From: Marsupella aquatica | Taxonomy: Eukaryota; Plantae; Marchantiophyta | DNA: 64,000 bases | NCBI GenBank assembly: GCA_973895155.1 | Contig: OZ316892.1 | Span: 17,164,357 to 17,228,356, forward strand | Direction: 5' to 3' | Part shown: positions 25,303-39,873 of the stretch, piece by piece | How the letters are laid out: every line of letters starts with the position of its first letter | Numbering within the stretch: position 1 is the first letter of the stretch | Made by a program: the position numbers and the translations under genes | The notes under the pieces: generated by a model | Databases searched by the model: none | Told to the model about the DNA's origin: nothing | The model's input: only the letters and a program-made list of their open reading frames with translations

Positions 25303-26160
25303 TCATAAAACATACTCATCATTGAGTAAATCAGCTTCTCCATCAGCCCTAGCCACATTTGCCGATGAAGTTTCCGCTGGTTTTCCCTTACAGTCTTGCT
25401 TGAAGTGTCCAACTTGGTTGCACTTCCAACATGTCACCTGCCTCCTCTGAGGGGATTTACCCTTGGACTTAGATCTGGATTTAGATCTAAACTGGGTTCT
25501 ACGGTCCCCAGTTGGTCGCTGCATACTCCTCCCACGGTTAACATTGAGGGCAACACCAGATGATGAAGGCTGTGACGTGATGTGCATCTTCTGCTGAAGA
25601 TCATCACTAAGCAGAGAACTTACCACGTCATTGTATGAAATGGTATCCCTATCACGATGCAACAACACTCGTGATAGGGACTGGTAAGATGGAGGCAATG
25701 AACTAAGAAGTTGCAGAGCCTTCGTCTCATCATTCAAAGTCTTCCCAAGGTTTTCCAAGTCAACAACCATGTCGTTGAAAGCATCCACATGGTCTTGCAA
25801 CTTCGTACCAGATTCCTTCATCCTGAAACTCATCAGTTTGTAGGAAGTGTAGAGCCGGTTCGACAACTCCTTGCGGTGATACTTGCTCTGCAATTCCGCA
25901 AACAAGGACATGCAATCCTTATGTGCACCCAACTGCTTGATGATGGGAGGCATGAGATAGAGTGTAACACACCACACTCCCTGCTCCTCCATGCGGTCTC
26001 ATTGTTTCTCATCAACATCATCTTCACGAGGGCTCAGCAGTTGGCCCATCCCTGACGCATAAAGCACTCCCTTCACCTGCTTCTCCCATAGCAAGTAGTC
26101 AGAGCGCCCATCATACTTTGTCACTTCATACTTGGGTCCCCCAAGCTTGAAAGTCCCCAT
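25303..26160 (-). pseudogene. Copia gag with one internal in-frame TGA (26001-25999)
   Basis: MGTFKLGGPKYEVTKYDGRSDYLLWEKQV...KQ*DRMEEQ...LLSSLPPSY...CWKCNQVGHFKQDC (CCHC knuckle) lies in one frame and ends at TGA 25305-25303. Confidence 0.85.
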
Positions 26161-27749
26161 CTTCTTCTTTACCGTGAGCTCCGGTAGTAGTAGTGCTTCC
26201 TCCACCACACGCCGCACCGGTGATGTATCGGTGTCACGTGCTCTTCCTCCTGCTCCTCTCTCTGCCCTTGAAACCTCCGCGGTGATCCTCGTGCTTCAAG
26301 TTCCACGTCTTCAAAAAACTCCTCCGAATCACTCATATGAGAAAGTCACAAAAAATGTTGTTTTTCACAACTTCTCAAAAAACTCGAAACTCAACACCGC
26401 CGCGTAGCCCACAAAGCTAGGAGTCCAATACTGAAAACCGAAATCAAAATCGAAATTTGACGGAAAAGTTATTCAAATTTTGGTCGAGGTGGGTAAAACC
26501 TTGGGAAACTCCCCCGTTTAGACCACCTCAGGGAATAACCGAAATACCAAGTACAACCCGTTGTCGAAATTGCGATGTGATTGGTGCGCTGCATTGCCAA
26601 CTTCAATGGCTATGACCTCGCCGAAAAATAACCAAAAAAGTTACCGTTCGGCGGATGAAATCTTTGTCGGACGGTCAAAAAATAGCTCTCTGGTTTTTTG
26701 GAATATTCTATGACCCTTGTACAGGCCCTGTGGGAATTTTGGAAGAACAATCGAGGGGCTGACATGTGTCCTCGAACCCCCAAAACCCCCTACCACCTTT
26801 CGTCGTCGAAATCTGGTCGCGCGCGCAGAAAATACACACGGCAGAATGTACCCCTCGACACCAAACGCAAGATATCTCACTCGGGTTTTGACGAAATCAA
26901 GATCCGATTTCAGATTTGGAAACTAGACTCCGAGGCGATGAAGATCGATATAAGAAGCACCCAAAACAAGGAAAGAACAAGGGAGAAAAAAATTGGTAAA
27001 GATGACAGATTTCTCTCAATTGCCATAGCCAATTTCGAATCAGTTTTTCAAAGAGAAAAAAATGGTACCTTGTCAACAACGAATGTTGATCAATTGCACT
27101 TGGTGCCGTCACCAAGTCCAACAAGGTAATTGATTTTGCTTAGCCTTTCTCTTTGCATCAAAGAGCCAATCCCGGACTCAAAAACAATCGTCTTGCCTCA
27201 ATCTCTCCGTTGAGTCAAAACACTTGACGCTTCTCCCTCCGAGTCGATTGCCAACTTTCTTCACAAAATCCAGAAGGACAAAAACTTAGATCTCTCTGCA
27301 CCACGAGCTCCGTTCAACGATTTCTTCACACTGTTAGAAAGCTCTTGCCCTAATCTATCCGTTGAGCCCATAAACTCCAAGTTCCATGCGATGGAACTCT
27401 GGAAAATCCACCAACACTCAACGCTGGAAAAACCGTCATGAAATCCCGTCACGAACACACGTCACCTCCCAAGCATGCTCTGATACCAATTGTTGAGCAT
27501 AGACGACGATCGCAACGGCAAGCCCATGAACCATCCAACGCACAATAGTCGACACAAGAGATACGTGGTTCACCTCCTTGAGGCTACGTCCACGGGAACA
27601 CACAAGAGAGCTTTACTGAACTCTAAGCCCGTCGGCTATACCGAGTCTCCATAGTGTACGCTCTCCCTATCTCTCAAGTGGCTCCATAACAATGAGCCTT
27701 GGTTCTACCTCTCCAAGCACACATGCCTCTTATGATATAGTGTGCAACT

Positions 27750-27874
27750 TAGTTGTACCTAACCACATAGTTGTACCTAATCACGTAGTTGTACCTAACC
27801 ACATAGTTGTACCTAATCATGTAGTTGTACCTAACCACGTAGTTGTACCAACCCACGTTGTTGTACCAACCACG
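27750..27874. promoter_or_regulatory. 18-bp tandem array in U3 of the Copia 5' LTR, a putative enhancer with ACCTAAC/ACCAACC AC-elements
   Basis: On the element's strand the array lies just upstream of a TATA-like CTATATCATA (27740-27731). Units contain ACCTAAC or ACCAACC. Enhancer role is inferred. Confidence 0.55.
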
Positions 27875-28123
27875 TCATACCTAACCTAGACGTAAGAGTA
27901 AATACCCAACAGACCCGACCAACTATCAGCTAGTCCAAGTCCTTAGTGTGTGTCCCCAGCTTGGCTCCTTGCCTCACTAGTGCCACGTCTCATTGCCCAC
28001 AAGTCTCCCCATGCTAAGTCATCCCCGGATGGCCTATCCGGGCTTGGACCATAAGGGAGCTTGGCGTCGGAGTCAGCTACGCCGGAGCTAAGTGTTAAGG
28101 TAGTCGAGTTCCGCGACTGGGCC

Positions 28124-28405
28124 TCAATCCAAGGGGACTCTAATATCATGCAGGGGAATAAACACCCTAAAAGTCAAGTCAATAAAGTTTTTTTAAGGAA
28201 ATGTTTACCCATAATTTAATAGAATATTCCAAAAATATTCCAAATTTTGATTTAAAAAAAGCCTATGATTCTTATAATTTTCAAAATTGGATTTAAATAA
28301 CCTTAATGTTCTTCAACAAAAATTTAAAAGTATTTCGCTAAACCCAATAAAACAACTCTATACTTATTCGCATGTGATGGGTCGGAAGAAAAGAAGTGAG
28401 GACCC
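28124..28405 (+). repeat. Dispersed repeat Y, copy 1 (right flank of the chromovirus)
   Basis: Aligns by eye to 48948-49229 (aacacc.taaaa, ttcttataatt...aaattggatt, ttcttcaacaaaa, gtgatgggtcg.aagaaaagaagtgaggaccc). Confidence 0.7.
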
Positions 28406-30369
28406 TGGGGTTTTAGCTTATGGCCTCATAAACCATGTTACCTCTATCATGAACCCTAAGCATCAAGTTCCACATGCATCAACATACCCTCCTTTGCCTC
28501 AACAATATACTCGAGTGTACCTGGTGGAATGATGAAGGCCTAAACACTCTAAACTTGATATGATTGAGGGTGTTCATATCTAAACCAATTCCTATCCACT
28601 AAGACATGGGAAAAAGATCCAAGGTCTGGTGAGAACACTCAATGTTGGTAATATGCAAATTTTGCAATGTATGTTTCATTTTAAGTCATACATGATAGAG
28701 CAAAACATGGCGGGCAAAGGTTTAAGGATTTATCAAAATGTTCTACAAACTGTCAAAAGTTATTTGCAAATGATGGAAAAGTAAACTTAGTTGTTATGAG
28801 ATATTATGTAATTTTTGTCTTAGTTAAATAATGACTAATAGTTATGTGATATCATGTCATTGAGTGTTAGACACTTATAATGTTCATTTTGTAAACTTTT
28901 CACCAAGTGAACAATGTCATTAATATTATTATATTTTTAGTCAAATTATATTCATTATAAATATTTATTCTTTTTACATAATTAAATTAAATTTCTTATT
29001 CATGCCTTTGTCATTAATGACTATATTAACAAATACTAAGGAAATGTACACTGTCTAGACTCTTTTAAAGGCAAACATACATTTTTTGCACTCAAAATTA
29101 CACTTGGCCAAATGCACTCAAATGTACACTTTTTAAGTCTGATATACACTTTGTTATCCCTAAATATACTATTTTCATTAGCCAAATGTACACAAATCAA
29201 ATATTAATACACTTTTAATAAATAGATTAATTAAAACATTTTTATGAATATATACAAGAGTAAAATATGGGAAGAAAAAGGGTAAACCTAAAAACATTTA
29301 AAGATAATAATGAATTTTGATGTACAAGCTAGGCCCTTAGTGGGAAGTATCTCAATGCGCAGTAGGTGGTAAGTATGGTTAGGGTTTCGAGAGTGGGTCA
29401 AGTGTTTGTGGTGAAGAGGATCCTTCTTTTTTTACATGTGATGGACCCATCTACAAAAAGAGACATTGAAACATGATCCTTACACTGCATTCAAAGTGGA
29501 AACATATGCTCTAGAAATGGATATTTTTGATGGTAGCACTAGAATCAAGGTATAGTGAGCAACGGCTGATAGTGTGACCCCATACGTGATGGAAATATTG
29601 TTGGCTTTATATAAACAGTATTGTGCGGACTTGACCCAAAGCTAAGGGCCAATTGTGAGTGGATTTTTACTAATGGTCCAATCAAGGGTCCAATGTTGGC
29701 ACCATATGGTGAGACATTCATAAGACCATTGCTTAGTTCTTGCTACTAGGACCATTAGAGCATACAATGAATTATTTACACACTATGAGTGGAATTAGGG
29801 TGTCACGTCATTATCTCTACCGTATGTTGACCAGACACTTACCACTATGTATATGGCAATTGGCCTCATTTCGGACTAATTTAATTTAAGGCCTCGGTCC
29901 TTTTGTATGATTTATGTCAAATGAATGCTTCTTTCCTTTAATTGTTATCTTTTGAATGAGTGGTGTCAAGTGTGTCTCTATCTTGTTTTCCCTAGTATAT
30001 ACATACTAAAATTTCTTTTGGTTGTATTGTCCATAGAATGTGCAACTCTCACAACATTTTTTACCACAAACCAAGAGCAACATATCAAAAGATGGGTATG
30101 CCAAATGAAGGAGAACCATCATAAACTAATTCCTCATCAAGTGATGATGTAAGTGATGCTAATGAGGAAGCCACATCTCATTCACATGACCAAGATAGAG
30201 TCATGGATGACTTTATGGTTGATTGATTTGGTGTCGATGTTGAAAATGGTGTGTTTGGCGTCAACCTTGATGGAGCCACTCCTCCAAATGACCCACAACC
30301 ACAACATACTCCAGAGTAGCAACAATAGTCAAACGAGGGAGAGACACGAGCTTGAACTCTTATCTTTGA

Positions 30370-30990
30370 GGGAGCCAATTTGAATAATCTTTTTGCCATA
30401 TTGGGGGTGTTGAACATTCAAGCAAAACACAAAGCAAACAATTTTTAGTTATCAGACATATTTGAGTAACTATTGTCATGGCCAAATATTACCCACAAAG
30501 AATGTGTTGCCACAAATTTGCAAGGATTGATCCATTGGCATGGACAGTGTTATCATTCATGTGTATGTGAATGATTGCATGTTATTTCAAGTAGCAATGT
30601 CAATATTATATAGATAGCATAATGTGCCATGAGCCTTGATATGAGCCCAACATACTAACCCAAAAGTTGTCAAGGAAAGCGGTTGTTGGTTTCCCATTGT
30701 TCATTGCTTGTTGCACTGTATGTATAGATGTTTTGACTTGGCCGAGTTGATGATATGGCACAAAAAATTGATCGGAGCCTGGTGTGATGCAATTACTAAG
30801 TAGCTTACTCTCCAGCCTACTCACAAACATGTGGAGTCAATATGGCCAGAGTTTGCTCATGACCATTGGCGCATATGCATTTGGGTTGGCATTAGATGGG
30901 GTGAGCCCTCACTTACTTCGAGGCAAGAGAAGACGTACATTTGTTTGGCTGGTGGTTCTCATGAATTACAACCTTCCACCATATTTTGGC
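30370..30990 (+). pseudogene. CACTA/En-Spm TNP2-type transposase relic
   Basis: Frameshifted fragments IHVYVNDCMLF, WPEFAHDHWRI, GLALDGVSP and WLVVLMNYNLPP occur in the order of TNP2 motifs (IHACPNDCILY, WPEFASDPRNIRLGLATDGFNP, WPVVLVNYNLPP). Confidence 0.75.
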
Positions 30991-31159
30991 AGTTTGTGGG
31001 GGTAATTAGGTAACTTTTCTAAAGGGTAACTTCAATTCTACTTTCTCATGCCAAAGTGATGGGAGTTTAATACGATGGGTCGCAAAGGTGTTTTCCATAG
31101 TTTTATGGTATCTTAAACCAAAATATAGTTGAAGTTGTGCACACTAGCCTCTAGGGAAA

Positions 31160-32637
31160 TTAATATGTGGACCCCCATGATCATCCAAGGAATGTGTGTG
31201 TGATGAAGTGACATCAATTTTTAGCAAGGCGGTAATCGACGGTTTTGAGTCTCCCGATGGTCTTGGTGTGTGCTCGTACAAAAGAAAACGCTCAAAAGAT
31301 AGTGGAAGGTTGAATGTGGAGGAATTGAGTTTTTTTTACGATTTTTGCTTACACATTGGAGAAATCGTGTTTCCACCATTCCTGATTGATCGTTTGTGAG
31401 TTAAATTGAGCATTATTGCCATAAGACAAACTAGAGGACAACACTTGGGTGTTGGCAAAAGAGCGCTTATCGATTCGGTGGAAAACATACAAAACAAACG
31501 AGCCATCACTTCACATGAATGATTTGTAGTTTTTGTAATTAAGAAAACTATGGTGTGAGGGGGAGATCAACAATTGTTTCTTTGACATAGAGGTTGCATT
31601 TGGCGTCAATCTGTGTTCAGAGTGAGCTTCAGTTGAAAACTATAGGGATGCAAACAATTCAAGCCGGGAAGCAAGCATTGTGAGCAAGGGATGGCGACGT
31701 AATCAAAGAAATCAGTTTGCAACAGCTAAGTTTGTGATAGTGACGAGATTGTGATATCTCTTAATCGAGAAAGGGTTTCCAATGAGCCTCAGATTGACAA
31801 ATTTTGTCAAGTTCCAAATGAGTTTTTGAATTTGTTTGCCTTTCCAATGAGTGTGAGTATAAGAAATTTTGATCATGAGTTCATGAATTCTTTTAGCTTT
31901 CCAACATTGAGTCCGAAATTGACAAATTTCATGTCAAATTTTGTCATGGTACTAAAGAGATCATGAGGTTTTCAATCTCTCTAGCTTTTTAATGTGTGAC
32001 ATTGAGATTATTAGTCAAGAATTAGAGAAATCATGAGTATTTGAATTTCTCTAGCTTTCCAATGAACCTAACATTGATAGATTTTGTCAAGTACTAAGGA
32101 GATGATGAGTTTTTAATTTTAGTTTAGCTTTCCAATGAATATGACATTGAGAGATTTTATCAAGACAGTACTAAAGAGGACATGAGTTTCTAAATCTTGA
32201 TCTTGAGTTTTCCAATGAATCAAACATGGATAGATTTTATCAAGTACTAAGGAGATTGATTATTTAGTTTTACAATGTGAAGCCAAAGCGGTTTTAACTA
32301 TGTACATTTATATCGATTGGTTTTTTCAAATTTGCAAACAATTATTTAAATATAAAGCATTTTGATATAAAACATTGATATAAATTTGACAAACATCAAA
32401 ATGGTAACTTTATTTTACTAAATGACATATCTTTCTTTCTATTTTGGTTTTTTTACGTTTAATATTTACGGCATGGTGCCCCAAAAATTACATTGCTTTT
32501 GCCACAAACAGGAATGTGCACGTTTGTTATTGTTAAAAGTAGGATCATTCCTCTTTGTGGCTGGTTGTGGTGATGTGGTGCAACCTCGTGGCAAGGAATT
32601 TGCAAGAGACCTCTCATGCATGGGGATCCGTAAATAA
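31160..32637 (-). repeat. Dispersed repeat family X, inverted copy with about 1.2 kb of extra internal sequence
   Basis: 32637-32395 and 31212-31160 match the two parts of 12163-12528 in reverse complement. Confidence 0.55.
31777..32275. repeat. Degenerate minisatellite, about 7 units of ~70 bp
   Basis: Recurrent tagctttccaatgaa...acattga.agattttgtcaagtactaaggagatcatgagtt. Confidence 0.8.
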
Positions 32638-35018
32638 ATAAGTTTAATGGAATTCACTTACTTGCAAAAAGTAATATAGTAGAAAGTAGGGAATCATATT
32701 ACACTATCTTGACACCTTTGCATTGCAAACAAGATTTTTAAGCAAGACAAATAACTGCAAATGAGGCAAGTTGTTGAGGCATCTAATGTGTCATTGAAGC
32801 CATGTTGTCTTTGTGATCATGCTGTTATTGCGGCCATGCAGTTGATCAAATGTTTGGGTTTGCATGTTTATTGTTGTTGCTATGTTGTTATTGCAGCCAT
32901 GCAATATTTGTGGTCATGTGATCCATGTGATTGCTGCAGCCACGGTGTCACTATGGTCATAAAGTCATTGAGTTCATTTTATCAAGTGCAGGATCACGTG
33001 TGTAAGTTAGTGTGCAAAAAACTTTAAAGCTAGAATAGAAGTCAATCATCTCAATGAGGACATAATGGGTTTGTCTACTCAGTATACTATAAAAGCAGTA
33101 TATGGCTCGGGTGGGGGGGGGGGTGGTTGGGCACACTTTGGGTCAATCTAAGGGTTTTTGATACCCTTTAATACACTTTGATGGTGTTGTTTCCTCATTT
33201 TGAAGTTTGTAAAGAGACTTCATGAAAGCATTTGGGTGGGATAAGGTGTTATAGTGTTTGGATGAAGTCACCACTCTAGAGCAAATAAAAAATTTCTCAG
33301 TAATGATAGTCTACGAGAATTCATTCACAGAATAGCAAACGGAATGCAACCACACTTGAGCAATTTCAATTCATCCATGATAGTTGTCACACCATTCTAG
33401 GTAGTGTTAGAGTGTATCATACTATCTAGATCCGTATGTTTAGTATATGTGCTATATGAGCCGATAAAGTTCCGTTAGGTTTGTGTGAGAAGGTAGTTCT
33501 CTCTTGTGAGGCATTGGAAGATTATCTTTCAATGTTGAGCCTTGGAGAGGGGAGCTTGTGTGGTGGCCATGGTGGCTAAGAGCTCCTTCTATGTAGCGTG
33601 GATTCCTTGAGTGCAAGGTGCGTTGGCTTGACATACCTGTGTGATCGGATCAGACGGGATTGAGTGCGTATTGTTGGCGTCGATCGTTGTTCGAATTCTA
33701 TTGAGATTATTGTGGGTTTTGGACATGTGTGGGCATGAGTTCCACTTGTATTCCATTCTCTTGTGTTTGTGATGGGGTAGTGTGACTATGTTTAGATGTA
33801 TGTGACAAACGATGTATGTTGTGTAGCGATGTGTATGCGCACAACATAGCTCTAACAAGGAATCCAGTTCATCCACTACGCTACAACTTGAATTTACTTA
33901 AAGCAATCATACTGAAGGACAGCCAGTAGAATTGGATTCACCCATGAACAAATTGCACAGGTGAAACTATGTCACTGCACGAACGCTGCCCTTCAAAATT
34001 GTAGGAACTTTGAACTCCATTTAACATTTTACTGTGCTTCAACAAATCAATCATGAACTTTGTCTAAGATGGATGTGCAATTCAAGGAAAAATCGACACA
34101 TACATAGATTCAACTTATCAGTTTTGTAGGCAAGGGGTAGACAGGGGAAAAACACACAACATCAATGTCAATGGACTTGAATTTGAGAGCAATTGCATTG
34201 CACTGCTGAGCATTTGTCATCTCCAACACTAATATGTGTGTATTTCCATTACATAGAAAGTAAAGAAGCAATTCTTCTAAGAACTACACAAACCCAAGGC
34301 AACTACATTAATCACTAGGAGTATTCAGGACCTCAACAACACACTTCACATTCTTCGCTTTCCACAACACTAACGAGATAACTCTGTAATCAAATTCAAC
34401 CTCACTTCATCATCATTTGCCATTGCTTCCACCATTTGGCAAAGAAGTTTCTCCTTCATCTTCAGGATTTAATAAACCCTGAAGATCAAGTTAGGCTTCA
34501 CCAGGCTCTTATGATGGTATGTGGGCCGTCTGAAAGTCTTTAGACGGAGTAACAGAGCAGTAGTCAATGTTAGGTCTGCCTCCTACAGGGTGCCACTAAA
34601 ACTACAAAATCAACTCTGTTTGATAAAATCATTGGGTGTGATCAATGACTTTGAACGTCTATATCCAGGCCCCGCATACTTGGGGGACTGGTGGGGATGC
34701 TCTTAACTATCTACTTCATAAATTTAGCTTCTCTTTATTAATATGCCCAACCCCTCAATGTTGGGCTCGCCAAACTCCATTTTGGTGTCCTGGTGGACAC
34801 TAGTCCTTGAGTTGGCACTCATGGAGTGTTTGGACATCCCTTTATTTACTTCAGTTTTAAGGTTTGCAACTTGCTTTTTTTTTCCCTTGTTTGGTGTTCG
34901 TACTCTTTGGACCTCTTTTGCTTTGGACCACTTTTTCTTCCCGGTGAAGGTAGGACAACAAAAAGCCCGCGTAAATATCAACCCTACACGGAGTAAGTGT
35001 AATATAATAGAGAAAAAG

Positions 35019-35026
35019 AAACCCTA
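35019..35026 (+). promoter_or_regulatory. Telo-box AAACCCTA upstream of the PRP43 leader
   Basis: Exact motif just before the CT-rich leader. Telo-boxes are common in plant RNA-processing and translation gene promoters, but an 8-mer can occur by chance. Confidence 0.4.
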
Positions 35027-35739
35027 CAGAGTGTGAACGAATCGAAGCGAAGCGCCGTTCTTCCAGACACATAGTACAAGAGTAGTTTCCTTTCCCTTTC
35101 GGCTGGAGCTCCAATTCCTTTCAGCTCCTTCGTTTCCTCTCGTTTTCCTTGCTTTCCTGTCTTCTCGTCACTTCTCTCCTTTCGAACGCCATTTCCCTTT
35201 CCTTAGCTCTGCCCTCTCTCTTCTCTTGTCTTCTCGTCGTTCGAAGGCCATTTCGTCTGCTTTCCTCTCGTCGCTTCTCTTCTTACTGAACTCTCTTACG
35301 TATCCTTATCGGCCTTCGTACATTCTCTTCGTGGTCGGGCCGTTCGTTCATCGCCACCGATTGATTCTCGTCCAAGTTACGAGTGGGATCGCCCCGCTCA
35401 CTCGTTTTGCGGTTATTGATTTGCATTCTGCTGCTAGTGCTGAAGGATTCGATTGGATTGGATTGGATGGAGTGGTGTGGTTTGCTTTTGTTCTAGTAGT
35501 ACCAGTGAGGGACCCGATTTTGCTAGGTCTTGGTGGTGGATTCTCTTGGTGATACGGGCTTGAGGTAATTCGAGGGCTGGGTTTTCGTTAGAATTTGGTG
35601 GAAGCGGCGGTGAGTTTTGGGTTGGGCCTGTGGTTTTGTTTGTTTTCCCTCCCTCCCTGGCGTGCCTCCGTCTCTCGTCTCCCGTTTCCTTTCTCTCTCC
35701 TTTCTGCCCCCCTTCTGCTGGGGTCAGTGAGAAGCAGGG

Positions 35740-39873
<4,134 letters not shown>

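Larger units (their letters stand above)
21418..27911 (-). mobile_element. Ty1/Copia LTR retrotransposon (Tnt1/Tork-like), very recent insertion
   Basis: 421-bp TG...CA LTRs at 21418-21838 and 27491-27911 that differ at 2 sites by eye (both CpG to TpG). TSD GACCC at 21413-21417 and 27912-27916. PBS TGGTATCAGAGC at 27488-27477, PPT AAGGGGAAG at 21849-21841. Domain order gag-PR-INT-RT-RH. Confidence 0.97.
13046..28118 (-). mobile_element. Ty3/Gypsy chromovirus LTR retrotransposon, full length but decayed, carrying a nested Copia insertion
   Basis: Two LTR copies (13046-14524; 20217-28118, split by the Copia). TSD GGGCC at 13041-13045 and 28119-28123. PBS at 20203-20214, PPT at 14527-14536. Domain order gag-PR-RT-RH-INT-chromodomain. 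Confidence 0.93.
20217..28118 (-). repeat. Chromovirus 5' LTR, split into 20217-21417 and 27917-28118 by the Copia
   Basis: Rejoining across the Copia TSD (ttGACCCgaccaactatc) restores the sequence seen uninterrupted near 14317-14333 in the 3' LTR. About 80 bp are missing near 21064 relative to the 3' LTR. Confidence 0.9.

Noticed and set aside
26641-27458. Extra or antisense ORFs in the Copia 5' leader (e.g. 26698-27129)
   Set aside because: Short, without an ATG start in the main case, and with no recognisable motif; cannot be supported as an additional gene.
13048-28152. Canonical TG...CA boundaries for the chromovirus (TGGTGG at 13048; TGCA at 14528 or 28152)
   Set aside because: They give no matching TSD and require an extra ~30-bp indel. 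The AGT/ACT boundaries give a perfect GGGCC TSD and symmetric inner dinucleotides.
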